64,000 nucleotides of DNA from Eledone cirrhosa. Its lineage: Eukaryota. The position numbers were made by a program, and so were the translations under genes. Where the stretch lies: NCBI GenBank assembly GCA_964016885.1, contig OZ024745.1:88350001-88414000 (forward strand), in the 5' to 3' direction. The stretch's first letter is position 1. Each line of letters begins with the position of its first letter. Below, one piece after another: positions 42,030 through 56,614 of this stretch. The notes below the pieces were generated by a model. The model was given only the letters and a program-made list of their open reading frames with translations, was not told where the DNA came from and ran no database searches.

Positions 42030-42032
<3 letters not shown>

Positions 42033-44008
42033 TGAAGGAATTGGTAGTTTACTTGAAGCATTGTATAGTGTGGTATAAATGTTAGAAGTTCGAAGGCCAG
42101 AACAATGAAGGTTTGGTGATAGAATATAAATGTAAAAGATAACGCTGACAATTGGTCTTTTACCTTAATTTATTCATATATCCTGATATTTCGAGATAAT
42201 ATCTCTTCGTCTGAGCAAACTAAAGGGGTTAATCCAGTGTCCGAGTGGGTTGGTAAGTCATGCTGACCGGAAGTAGTATACAATTCTATTCTACTTCTAA
42301 TGTCAAAGAGTGAAAGTTTGGGCAGCTCAAGTGGTTCAAGAGTTGACTCCTTTTAAAGGGTTTGGACATGTATGTCTAAGTATGTGGGTGTGTCTGTAAG
42401 AGAATACGTAAAGGTGTAACCATGCGTGTGAGTGGGGGTGTGTATACGTGGAGATGTGAATATGAGGGCTAGATCCTCTAATATGTAGGGAGTACCACAC
42501 ATTCTAAGTATGTGTGTGTAAGAGAATACGTAAATATATAAGCATGCGTGTGGTGTAAGTGTTGGAGGATACGTAGAGATGTAAATATGAGGGCTAGATG
42601 TTCTACCATGTTAAAATATGGGTGTTGAATTCTAATCTATTATTGATTTGTGATTGCGTTTTGTCTATAATTAATTCTTCTTTAATTCGAAGAATGCCGA
42701 GGTTTCTTTCCTTAACTTCTATCATAACTATTATGTCTTTGTTGATGTTTTTACATTTCCCTAGGGGTTTCTTAAATGAGGAAGAATTAGTGTTGAGGTG
42801 TTCTTTTATTCTAATGTGCAGGTGTCTGGTGGTGTTCCCTACGTAGGAGTTGCTACATTTGTCGCACTCTAATCTGTAGACGACGCATGCCTGGTGGCAT
42901 AGGTCTGTGTCGTCGATGGGCCAGTTGGCCAGAGTGCAGCGGCTGTCTTGCCTGGTAGAGTGTCTCTTGGCTAGCTCTCCGCGTAGAGAATGTCCTGAGT
43001 GGGATAGCTGGATATCTAATCCCTCTCGACTGAGGGCCCTCCGGATGGCCGTTGTAGTTTCATCACTGAAGTGTGGAAGCTTCAGCAAGCAGGTGTTAGT
43101 GCTTCGGGTATGGTGTCTTCTGTTGTTTCTGGCACGAATCACAGTGGAAGTCGGGTATCCCTTTAGTTTAAGTACTTCCAGGATGTGTGTAGTGTATGTA
43201 TCTCGGTCTCTTGCGTCGGTGCATTTGTTCCGGATACGTGACAGTTCGTTCGTTATGTATCCAAACTTGGCACCGAGTGGGAGGGCAGACCTGAAATGGT
43301 GAACAGGTCCCTGCTCGCGGCTTTTTTATAGAAGCAGGTGTGGATGTTGCCTTCCTCTGTTACCCTGATTTTGATGTCTAATAGGGATAGGGATCCATCC
43401 TGAACTTTATATTGGCGTTCATGCTGGAGAATGCCATGTATATTTTATTCGCTTCTTCGCGGGATGATGTAAGAATGAGTATGTCATATACATATCGGGT
43501 GAAGAAGGTACAGGAATGGCAGGTGTTGAGGGTTAGGCATTCCAGCTGGTTCATATAAGTGATGGCCAGCAGGCCCGATAGGCTGGATCCCATGGGTAAT
43601 CCTGTTGTCTGTCTGTATGTGTGGTGGTCGAAGGTGATATATGTGTTGTTCAGCGTGAAGGACAATACCTGGAGTATGTCCGTCGGATGGAGGCTGTAGT
43701 AGTGGACGTCTTCGGCGACCATGCAGTCCGTTAATAAATTGATAGATGGATGAGCGGCGACTGTAGTATAGAGGGAGACAACGTCGAGGCTAAAGGCGTA
43801 TCTATTGAGTTTAAGTTGTTCTGGCTGGAGTTGGTGTAGTCTACGTAAAACCTCGTCGGAGCTACTGACATTCTCGGGAAAGGTGTAGAGTAAAGGCGTA
43901 AGGACTTGGGAGACGAGCCAGGAAATTTTGTATAGGGGCCCTTATATGATAGAGACGATGGGTCTTAGTACTATTCTTGTGGTTCTTGATGAGGTGATAG
44001 ATGCAATT
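42030..44008 (-). pseudogene. Penelope/Poseidon-like PLE-B, 5'-truncated and decayed RT plus GIY-YIG
   Basis: RT motifs AFSLDVVSLYT, YRQTTGLPMGSSLSGLLA and FTRYVYDILI. Endonuclease motif VVYRLECDKCSNSYVGNTTRHLHIRIKEH. Confidence 0.9.
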
Positions 44009-44009
44009 T

Positions 44010-44805
44010 CTACTTAGGTGGCACCACCAGACACCTGCACATTATTATAAAAGAACACCTCAACACTAATGGCTCCTCATTTAAGAAACCCCTACGGAAA
44101 TGTAAAAACATCAACAAAAACATAATAGTTAGGATAGAAGCTAAGGAAAGAAACCTCGGCAATCTTAGAATTAAAGAAGCATTAATTATAGACAAAACAC
44201 AATCACAAATCAATATTAGAGTAGAACTCAACACCCACTTTTTAACATGATAGAACATCTAGCCCGCATATTTACATCTCTACGTATCCTACCAGGCTCA
44301 CACACACACACACACACACACACGCACGCTTACATCTTTACGTATTCTCTTACACACACACACACACACACGCACGCTTACATATTTACGTATTCTCTTA
44401 CACACACACACACATACACTTAGAATGTGTGGTACTCCCTACATATTAGAGTATCTAGCCCTCATATCTACATCTCCACGTTTCCTCTCACACACACATG
44501 CTTATACCTTTACGTATTATCTTACACACACACATACTTAGACATACATGTGAAAACCCTTGAAAGGGAGACAACTCTTTAACACTTGACCTGTCCACAA
44601 CTTCACTCTTTGACATTAGAAGCAGAATAGAATGTTATACTACTTCCGGTCAGCATGACTTAACAACCCACTTCGGACACTGGATTAACCCCTTTCCTTT
44701 GCTCAGACGAAGAGATATTATCTCGAAATATCAGGATATATGAATAAATTAAGGTAAAAGACTAATTGTCAACGCTATCTTTTATATTTATATTCTAATC
44801 CCAAA

Positions 44806-44808
<3 letters not shown>
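44010..44808 (+). mobile_element. PLE-B short inverted partner (endonuclease end plus 3' UTR)
   Basis: Reverse complement of about 42110-42845. Confidence 0.9.
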
Positions 44809-44849
<41 letters not shown>

Positions 44850-44894
44850 TTTGGGGATAAAATATGAATGTAAAATATATATATATATATATTT

Positions 44895-45322
44895 TTTAAT
44901 ATAGAAAAGCTTCTACAGGACTAGACCTGTTTCATTCGTGAGAAATCATCAGGAAGGTGACTGTTCAAGTAAATATGGTGGTATTTATATCTTTTCTGGT
45001 GGTAGGAGAGGGTGGCGATTGGGATGGCTGGAGGTCATTGGTTGATGGATTTAAAGAAAAGGGAATTCATTAAAAGCTAATTCTTTAAAGCTATAATTTG
45101 TAATAACAAAGGCAGGAGAATACTGTAAACAGGTTCAACTTGGAATACCAATCCTTGTTTATTTCTTAAACTATCAATGCCTGTAAGTCAGCTGTCTACG
45201 GGATGGGTGGGGTTCATTAAGGCTGAAATTAAACCAACAAAGGCAAAAAGAATTCTATAAACAGGTTCAAGTTTGGGGGGTGCTTCCCTTTATTGTGAAG
45301 TTTCTCTTAATTTATATTCCAG
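44895..45322 (-). mobile_element. Solo pLTR related to 14115-14570, with an HHR-like core
   Basis: Minus strand reads CTGATGA-TTTCTCACGAAT-GAAACAGGTC. Helix I pairing is weak. Confidence 0.7.
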
Positions 45323-45447
45323 GTGTCAACAATGACATTCACACATGTGCCCACTTACACGAATACACACACACGCGCACACGCACACACAGGCACACGC
45401 ACAACAAACATACATATAAATACATACACACAGATATATATATATAT

Positions 45448-45520
<73 letters not shown>

Positions 45521-45539
45521 AATATATATATACATATAT

Positions 45540-46356
45540 GGTGGTTGCCAACTCGTTTTCGAGTACGGCCACTACGTTATATCCATGTAGGAAAACCCCT
45601 ACCGATGCGCTGAACGAGTGTGACTTTTTATTCCAGACAGCGACTTGAAATCTCTGGTACAAACACTACACTTGTGACAATTATTGGCACATAGTGCTGG
45701 GCCCATGGTACCATGTAACGACAAGTGCAGAGAGATCTCCTGATATAGAGCAATGCCTGTGCCGTGAAGCTTTTATAGTGAGCAAAAGCACTGCACAAAG
45801 CCAGTCCCACTCTCTTAACCAAGATGATATTTACCAAAAAGAATAACAAGTCAACATCATTGGATACCATCAGGGTTGCAGGTGTTATATCAGAGTTTTC
45901 CTTTTCCTAGAATTCTGCCTTGACAAAGGCTAAGGGGTCATCTCTCCCGGTGATTTTGGATGGCTATTGACTCTTAAGAGCTCCTTTGCCCTTTGACAGG
46001 TTTTGATTTTAATCCTACAGGATGTCCAAAGTCACCCTCCTCACCAAGAAACCTTGGTGGGGTTGCCAGTTTAGTCGCCAACGACCCGACCATAAGACAG
46101 GTTGTACTGGGATACATGTTACCAGTAGCACCAACTGGTGACCTGACATATATATATACGCACACATATATACACGTATATATACACATATAAATACATA
46201 CACATACATACATATACATACGTACACATAGACATATACATATATATAAACATACACCCACAAATATATATATATATATATATATATATGTGTATGTGTA
46301 AGTGTGTATGTACGTGTGTTTATATATGTATATATGTATATATGTGTGTGTGTATG

Positions 46357-46400
<44 letters not shown>

Positions 46401-46455
46401 TATACACACATATATATATATATATACATATATAAACACACGTACATACACACTT

Positions 46456-46499
<44 letters not shown>

Positions 46500-47078
46500 G
46501 CATAGAGACACATATATACACATATATATATACATATGCTGGCTGCCAACTCGTTTTCGTGTACGGCCACTACTTTATATCCATGTAGGAAACTCCTACC
46601 CATGCGCTTAACGAGTATGACTTTTTAGTTCAGCCAGCGACTTAAATTTGTGATAATTTGTGACAATTATTGACACATAGTGCTGGGCCCATGGTACCAT
46701 GTAACGACATGTGCAGAGAGATCTCCAGATATAAAGCAATGCCTGTGCCGTGAAGCTTTTATAGTGAACAAAGGCACTGCACAAAGCCAGTCTCACTCTC
46801 TTAACCAAGATGATATTTACCAAAAAGAAGAACAAGTCAACATCATTGGATACCATCAGGTTTCAAGGTGTTATACCAGAGTTTTCCTTCACGTAGAATT
46901 CTGCCTTGACAAAGGCTAAGGGGTCATCTCTCCCGGTTATTTTGGATGGGCATTGACTCTTAAGAGATCCTTTGCCCATTGACAGGTTTTGTTTTTATTC
47001 CTGCAGGATGTCCAAAGTTACCCTCCTCACCAAGAAACCTTGGTGGGGTTTCCAGTTTAGTCGCCAACGACCCGACCA
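45540..47078. repeat. Two diverged direct copies (45540-46145 and 46537-47078) of an unclassified ~550-bp segment separated by microsatellite
   Basis: Shared GCCAACTCGTTTTCG..GGGCCCATGGTACCATG..GTCGCCAACGACCCGACCAT. Confidence 0.8.
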
Positions 47079-47204
47079 TGTATATATATATATTCACACA
47101 TACATATATACATACACATATATATATACACACATATATATATATACACACACATACACATATATATATATATATATACACACACGAACATACACACATA
47201 TATG

Positions 47205-47272
<68 letters not shown>

Positions 47273-47294
47273 TATATATATATGTATATATATA

Positions 47295-49897
47295 TGGAAA
47301 GTCATATTTAAATTGTTGGGTTACAACTAGTAAATATTTATAACTGGTATAAAAGCACTCAACAAGTATTTGGAGTATATTTACGATATTAAATAAATGG
47401 AAACTATATTTATAAAACCATATTTATTTCATTATATATATTTCAGGGATATCATATTAACAATATGTTATGCCTTCTGCAGACAAAATACAATATAGAC
47501 AGTTTTATAAATAAATAGATTTGACATACCGTTCAACATCGACTTTGTATTTGAAAAGTTGATTTGGCAGTGAAAAATTGTAAAACGTATCTCTAGAATC
47601 TCGTCTAATAGAAAGATTTTCGACGAAAAAGCCCAGTACTGCAATGAAGCGTTAGCTAGAGCAGGATATAGTGATAAAATTATGTACATAGATAATGATA
47701 GACAAACTAAACAAAATAACAACTATTTGAATTACGGCCACAACCTTAACAACTATAATAGAAAGCATTACAATAATTCCAAAAGCCAAAAAAGAAATAG
47801 AACTGGGAACATAATATGGTTTGCCCCCCCCCCCCCCCCCCCTTCTCACTAAACATTAAAACCCACATCGCTAAACTATTTTTTAAAGCTCTTGATAATC
47901 GCTTCCCTAGAACACATAGGTATCACTCAATTTTCAATAGACATACTATAAAATTAACCTACTCATCCACCAAAAATTTAGCACAACATATTAATAGAAT
48001 AAATAATAGGAACTTAAAACCTAGCGATAATAGCATAAATAATATACAAGTTAACAAATGTAACTGTAGAGATAGATCTAAATGTCCGTTAAATAACAAC
48101 TGCTTAAATAAAAATATAATATACAACTGTAATGTTAAAACGGACTCTAATTCTTTTAACTACGTTGGTTCCACATCGACGGAATTTAAACTTCGCTATA
48201 ATAACCACAAGAATTCTTTCACAGATCCAAGCAAAAAATCTTCAACAGCACTATCAGGCGTACTCTGGCAACTTAGGCAAGATAACGTTAGATATTCGAC
48301 GGCTTGGAATATAGTCTCAAGAGGGATTCCTTTTAATTTATCCTCTGAGACATGTGACCTCTGCGCGGAGGAGATATTCTTTATACTAAAATCTAAAAAT
48401 TCCCTTAATCTACGGACAAATTTATTCAGTTGCTGCAAACATAGATTGAACTCAACTTTTAAATATAAATTTAAATTTAAAATGTAGTATATTTAGTTTG
48501 ATTATTTATGAAACTAGCCGATAAATCTTTCGATTTCTTCTTTTTATTCTTCTTTTTATTTTTATTTTAAACATTCTTCATGAAAAATTAAACTACCCTA
48601 AAAGTTGATGCTCCAAATATATCGAATAAATGTTACACTAGATAAACTTCTATATTAAATATAAGAACATATGTAGACCAAATGGGTATCCTAAACTTTT
48701 GAAATGATTTCTGCTAGACGTGATTTGGTAAATAATTTTTAGTTTTATCTGTTTTCGACTCTGATACTTATAATGAACTTGGCAATATATTGTCAATTAA
48801 TTTTGAAGGGTTGATCTTTGTGGTCGATTTGCGTGGCATACTATGTTTTTATTTTTATTATTTTAATATTTTTTAATATTTTTAATATTTTTATTTTTAA
48901 TATGTAATATTTTTTAGTTTTCTGTTTTATTTATTTATTATTATTTATTATTTTTTATTTTTTGTTTTTGTTTCTGATATTTTTATTAATATATTGAAAT
49001 CTGTTCTCTATTTCTGCTTGATAGATAATCATGTAGAGTAAAGACAAGAATAGTATTGTTAAAATTAATATAGACTCTATATATATGTGTATATATACAC
49101 ATATATGTATACTTAAATTTTTATAGCACAATGAGAATGTTCTCCGTGTGAAATAGGAGTTTGCAGGGTTGATCACGTAAATTCACATCGATGTTTGTAG
49201 TTATCATATAAACATATGAATTTTTAAAAAACTAGACATAATATCATTACTTTTCACACATTATAGATACGTGTCTCATTCATGAATACTGATATTTACA
49301 TTATAGTGCCTGTTTTTTATACGAACTAATATTTCTACATTGAAACATAGGGTTTTTAAATTCTGCCTCGCCTATGTCTGGTTACTTTTCATTTTTTCTC
49401 TATATATAACGGCTGGTTTCTCTCCTAACCACATATATCTCCCTTACATTAATACTAGAGCTAAATAAATAAATAAATAAATAAATGTATCATTGATACG
49501 TCATTCAACGGATATTCAACTACCTACTTTTCTCTATATATATCTATCTCTATCTATTTCCTCTCTCTATATATCTCTCTCTGTTTCTTTACATGAAGTT
49601 CTTCTCTTTATCTATTTTTCCAACTCTCTATTTAGTTGCTTGCATTTCTTCTTTTTCTTCGTTTTCTTTCTTTCCTTCTTTCTTTCTTTCTTTCTGTTTA
49701 CAATTTTTCACTGCCAAATCAACTTTTCAAATACAAGTCAATGTTGAACGGTATGTCAAATCTATTTATTTATAAAACTGTCTATATTGTATTTTGTCTG
49801 AAGAAGGCATAACATATTGTTAATATGATATCCCTGAAATATATATAATGAAATAAATATGGTTTTATAAATATAGTTTCCATTTATTTAATATCGT
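47295..49897 (+). mobile_element. Naiad-like PLE family N, 5'-truncated, with an inverted pLTR at 47295-47584
   Basis: Coding remnant, a 1.4-kb AT-rich 3' UTR and an HHR at about 49788-49855. The left end is the reverse complement of the pLTR. Confidence 0.88.
47583..48487 (+). pseudogene. PLE thumb/linker plus GIY-YIG endonuclease, frameshifted at a poly-C run (47824-47842)
   Basis: RISSNRKIFDE..YCNEAL..GY, IIWF(A)PP-FS, CNC..CPLNNNC, IIY..YVGSTSTEFKLRYNNH, CDLCAEE, CKH. Confidence 0.88.
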
Positions 49898-49978
49898 ATG
49901 TATATATATATATGTATATGTATATATATATATACATATATGTATATATATGTATATATATATGTATTTATATGTATA

Positions 49979-50094
<116 letters not shown>

Positions 50095-50112
50095 TATAAT
50101 AATGTATATATA

Positions 50113-52618
50113 TATTGTTATATTTGGGGAGGGTCATATTTGTGTAATATTGCCAGAATTAATAACAGAACACACTCAATATTTGGTTGGTTTTCGCTTT
50201 TCGCTTCTGTGTCTCTTATATCGGTTAATTTAATTTATTCGCTCCTCAATGTTGCCATTGACTGACCAACGGTCAACAATACAATATAGACACAAACACA
50301 TATATATAGTCTATCAAATTTCTTTCGTTGCACATCTGCAACATCGTCAGTGGTTCTATTGTTTCCTCCCGTTGTATCGTATGTCTACGCCATCTTTATT
50401 TAGTCTGTTTATATATTTATTTATTTGTTTATTTTTTGTCTTCTTTGCTCATGCGTTTGCGTGTGTGTATAGTGTTTTGTTTGATGTGTGTTCGTGTTTT
50501 GATGATTCTGTATTGGTTAATGTGTTCTATCTTTACTAGTGTGCGTTTATATGTGTTTGTTGTTATTGTGCCTGTGTATGTATTTATTTATTTATCTATT
50601 TATTTATCTATTTGTTTATTTATACTTCTCTTAGGTCAGTGTTGTTTGTTTGTGTGTTGCTGTTATTCCATTCATTTTTTCTGTTTAGCCTTGACCTTCT
50701 AAGTTCTAGTTCACAGGCCTCTCTGATTTGCCTATCTGCTGGGTCATTTCCAGGTTTAGATATTATTCTAATTTCTATGTTGTCTATGTTACCGTCGGGT
50801 TGTTGTCTGGCATAGTACTGAACCGTTTTTTCGTCCTTTTAGTTCCCCCCAGTGTTGTTTATCCTTCACCTATTCTACGAGCTGTCTCGCCTATGTATGT
50901 TGTCATGTTTCTGCAAGTACCCTCTGTACATCTTATGCTATAGACTACGTTTCTAGTTTTACAGTTTATCCGGGGCTTTACTTTACATATGATGCATTTA
51001 GTAATTTCCTATTAGTACAGTAGGTTTTCTTAAAAGGGTAGGTTTTGCTGATCAGGGATTTTATGGTGGTTCCTGGCTTTTCTACCACCGTAAACTTTAA
51101 GTGGGTCTTTCTCAGGGCCTTTCTAAACTGGTTAGCTAATTTCCCTCCAGGGGTAGCGTCCACGAACATGACACTCTGGTATCTCTGGTTGTCGTCCCAT
51201 GAGGTGCATTTCCCTATCTTATGTCTAGCCCTATCTAACCTATTCCATGATTTGCTCCTGTATAATGGGCAAATTCTTTTCATGTCCAGTTCTATGAGGG
51301 TCTTATACTTCTCCGTGGCTCCTTCGTATACTTTGATTCTGTCTCTTTGGTTGTAGCTAGTAAACTGCATGCGGTTGATGAAGTGTTGGATGTGTCTTTC
51401 CAATTCTGTTGGGTGGTACATGCGGGACACGTTCTTCATCACTCGTACCATGTCTGCGCTCAGAATATTAAACTTAGCACTAGTGGACATTGCTGAATTT
51501 TTGAGTATCAGGTATTTGGGGGTCATAGGTTTAGCATAGTGTGAGTGGAGAATTTGGGCTCTCTCGTCTATAGTGTTAATCCAGAGTTCCGTGTCTAATA
51601 CAGGTAGTCTATTGTTAGGGTGTTTGGAAGGGTAGTCGATAGTTACAGTTATACTCTGGTGTATGGAATCAGCTATCTGCTGGATGCTTTCCAATGTGCT
51701 ACGTTCTAAATCAAACTTGTTAGTGCTCTCTTGTGGGGATGTTCTTATTACTATATTGATATCGTCTACGTAACGAGAGTACATGATGAGGTCTATGGAG
51801 CTCTCATCAAGGAGATCTTTAAGTCTCCTTTCCCACCATACCATAAAAAGGTTGGCAACCTCACCAGCTATGCTGACGCCAATGTCTGCTCCCTCATTCT
51901 GTGTGTAGACCATCTCGTTAAACTTGAATATGTGGCCCTTTAGGGTAGTTTTGATACTAGCCCCTATTGCATGTGCGACCATTTTCCTTACCTGGTCATT
52001 GTTTTGGGGGGTCTGTATAGCTTTGGTCCACCCAATCTACCTTCCCATGGGAGTCTTTTTAGCCATTGAGGTTATGGTGGGGGTCTACCTCTTATGGGTC
52101 TACTGGGGCAGAAACGTCTAAGGTCATGGCTGTCTAGGTAGTCAGTGTCGTAGGTAAGTCTAAGTAGGAGGCCTAGTTCGTCTGTGTCGATGTCGCAGAA
52201 CTCCACCTCACTCTCAATGATCATCTCCACACATTCTTCCACAGCAAAATCAATGTTAATGGATGGGTACAGTGATACCACATCCATACTGCCTATTATG
52301 CAGTCGGATAGGATCCGGTTTTTGTTGCACTCACTGATTCTGGTGAGGATGTCCTCTGTACTGTCACATACATCTCGGGATATCTTGATTATGGGGCGTA
52401 TAACCAATGAGAGGAAGTAGGATATCCTGTAGTTGCTAGCAATATTTGCTCCGCATACGGGTCTTGTTGGTGGTCCTGTTGTCGGGTCGTCGACTGTCTT
52501 GTTGTCTTTGCGGAGCCCATACAAAGGTGGTATGCCAATGTTAGACGCCTGGAAGTTGTTGGCAGTGCGTCTGTTTTGCTTTAGGATGTCGGTCCACATC
52601 ACCATGTGAGCGCTGACC
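50113..52618 (-). pseudogene. PLE-A left arm: RT plus GIY-YIG, decayed and 5'-truncated
   Basis: PPLYGLRKD, TRPVCGA, GSMDVVSLYPSI, YTQNEG.IG, YSRYVDDI, LPVLD. Confidence 0.93.
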
Positions 52619-55408
52619 ATAGCTAGAAATAAGGTTAGACAAATAGTAGACCGGTATACAAAGGGACAGAACAGACCAGACGTCCAACAACTTGGGAGGA
52701 AACCTGTAGAAGGCTTCGTTAGCCTCAAGCAGCACACAGGGGATGGTGAGGTAGTATGTCTACCCACCGATAAGTCTCGTAGTATGTCAATAGACAGCAT
52801 GCCGAACTACATCAAGGCTATGCAATCCCACATCACTAACACGAGCGAAATTCCGCAGCAAATACATGATGGGAGAGAGAAAATGCTCAACGCTCACATG
52901 ATGATGTGGACCGACATCCTAAAGCCAAGCAAACGCACTGCCAACAACTTCCAGGCGTCTAACATTGGGATACCACACTGATATGGGCTCCACAAAGACC
53001 ACGAGACAGTCGACGACCCGACACCAGGATCACCAACAAGACCCGTATGCGTAGCAAATATAGCTAGCAACTACAGCATCTCCTACTTCCTCTCAATGGT
53101 TATACGCCCCATAATCAAGATGTCCCCAGATCTATGTGACAGTACAGAGGACCTCAGAAGAAGAATCAGTGAGTGCAACAAAAACAGGAACTTATCCAAC
53201 TGCATAATAGGCAGTATGGATGTGGTATCACGGTACCCATCCATTAACATTGATTTTGCAGTGGAAAAATGTGTGGTGATGATCATTGAGAGTGAGGTGG
53301 AGTTCTGCGACGTCGACACAGACGAACTAGGCCTCCTACTTAGACTTACCTACGACACTGACTACCTAGACAGCCATGACCTTAGACGTTTCTGCCCCAG
53401 TAGACCCATAAGAGGTAGACCCCCCACCATAACCTCAATGGCTAAAACGACTCCCATGGGAAGATGGATTGGATGGACTAAAGCTATACGGGCCGCCCAA
53501 AACAATGATAAGGTAAGAAAAATGGTCGCACATGCAATAGGGGCTAGTATCAAAACTACCCTAAAGGGCCACAAATTCAAGTTCAACGAGAAGATCTACA
53601 CCCAGAATGAGGGAGCAGCCATTGGCGTCAGCATAGCTGGTGACGTTGCCAACCTTTTTATGGTATGGTGGGAAAGGAGACTTAAAGATCTCCTTGATGA
53701 GAGCTCCATAGACCTCATCATGTACTCTCGTTACGTAGACGATATCAATATAGTAATAAGAACATCCCTACAAGAAAGAACTAACAAGTTTGATTTAGAA
53801 CGTAGCACATTGGAAAGCATCAGGCAGATAGCTAATTCCATACACCAGAGTATAACTATAACTATCGACTACCCTTCCAAACACCCTAACAATAGACTAC
53901 CTGTATTAGACACGGAACACTGGATTAACACTATAGACGAGAGAGCCCAAATTCTCCACTCCCACTATGTTAAACCCATGGCCTCCAAATACCTGATACT
54001 CAAAAACTGAGCAATGTCCTGTAGTGCTAAGTTTAACATTCTGATCGCAGACTTGGTACGAGTGATGAAGAACGTGTCCCGCATGTGCGACCCAACAGAA
54101 ATGGAAAGACACATCCAACACTTCATCAACCGCATGCAGTTCTCTGGCTCCAACCAAAGAGACAGAATCAAAGTATACGAAGGAGCCACGGAGAATTATA
54201 AGACCCTCATAGAACTGGACATGAAAGAAATGTGCCCATTATACAGCAGTAAATCATGGAATAGCTTAGATAGGGAAAGCCACCTCATGGTACGACAACC
54301 AGAGATACCAGAGTGTCATGTTTGTTGACGCTACGCCTGGAGGGAAATTAGCTAACCAGTGTAGAAAGGCCCTGAGAAAGACCCACTGAAAGATTAAGGT
54401 GGTATAAAAGCCAAGAAACACCATCACATCCCTGATCAGCAAAACTTACCCTTTTAAGAAAACCCACTGTACTAATAGGAAATGTATCATATGTAAAGTA
54501 AACCCCCGGATAAACTGTAAAACTAGAAACGTAGTCTATAGCATGAGATGTACAGAGGGTACTTGCAATAACATGACAACAACATACATAGGCGAGACAG
54601 CTCGTAGCATAGGTGAAAGGATAGACCAATACAGGGGGGAACTAAAAGGGCGAAAAACGGTTCAGTACTATACGAACATGCCAGACAACAACACGACGGT
54701 AACATAGACAATATAGAAATTAGAATAATATCTAAACAAAGAAATGACCCAGCAGATAGGCAAATCAGAGAGGCCAGTGAAACAGAACTTAGAAGGCCAA
54801 GGCTAAAGAGAAAAAAATGAATGGAATAACAGCAACACCCAAACAAACAACACTGACCTAAGAGAAGTATAAATAAATAAATAGATAAATAAATAGATAA
54901 ATAAATAAATACACAAGCACAATAACAACAAACACATATAAATACACACTAGTAAAGATAGAATACATTAACCAATATACAGTCACCCAAACACACATCA
55001 AACAAAACACTATAAAGAAGACAAAAAAAAACAAAACAAATAAATAAATACATAAACAGACCAAATAAAGATGGCGTAGACATACGATGCAACGGGAGGA
55101 AACAATAGCACCACTGACGATGTTGCAGGTGTGCAACGAAAGAACTTTGATAGACTATATATATGTGTTTGTGTCTATATTGTATCTGTATTTTTGACCG
55201 TTGGTCAGCCAATGGCAACATTGAGGACTGAATAAATTAAATTAACTGATATAAAAAACACAGAAGCGAAAACCAACCAAACAATGAGTGTGTTCTGTTA
55301 TTAATTCTGGCAATATTACACAAATATGACCCTCCCCAAGTATAACAATATTTGTTTCGACACACGATTTCATATTAAAAACCTCGCAAAACTAATTCAT
55401 CGCCGTTC
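52619..55408 (+). pseudogene. PLE-A right arm: RT plus GIY-YIG plus 3' UTR with HHR at about 55109-55152
   Basis: LPTDKS, GSMDVVSRYPSI, YSRYVDDI and YIGETARSIGER, with stops and frameshifts. HHR reads CCA-CTGACGA-TGTTGCAGGTGTGCAAC-GAAA-GAAC-TT-TGA. Confidence 0.93.
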
Positions 55409-56200
<792 letters not shown>

Positions 56201-56351
56201 ATATGTTAGTAGTATATATTAAAGCTTTTACCCTATAAAGGATTTTTGGAAAGTGAAAAAAAATCACCCTGCAGACGCAGATGTATAGGGTGACCAGAAA
56301 TTCTTTCCTTAAACTTTAATCTGCATTAATAATATATATTTGCTCTACGAG

Positions 56352-56437
<86 letters not shown>

Positions 56438-56614
56438 GGATAACAAGTTATCGTTATCGATCCAATTAGAAGTAGTTCTGTTAGAGTACTCCGTGTTCTG
56501 GTTGCTTTTAACGTACGGCTTAGTTTTACTGAACAAGATGCTTCCATAGTGATGCAGCTTGTTCGCGGTAATTTTTATGCAGGTTATACTTGGAGTAATA
56601 ATAGTTAAATATTG

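Noticed and set aside
47820-47845. Poly-Pro N-terminus or programmed frameshift
   Set aside because: It is a homopolymer expansion, or a sequencing error, inside the WFxPPFS motif. The coding frame continues upstream.
54005-54013. In-frame TGA in PLE-A as a selenocysteine codon
   Set aside because: The other two copies have TCA (Ser) here, so it is a nonsense mutation.
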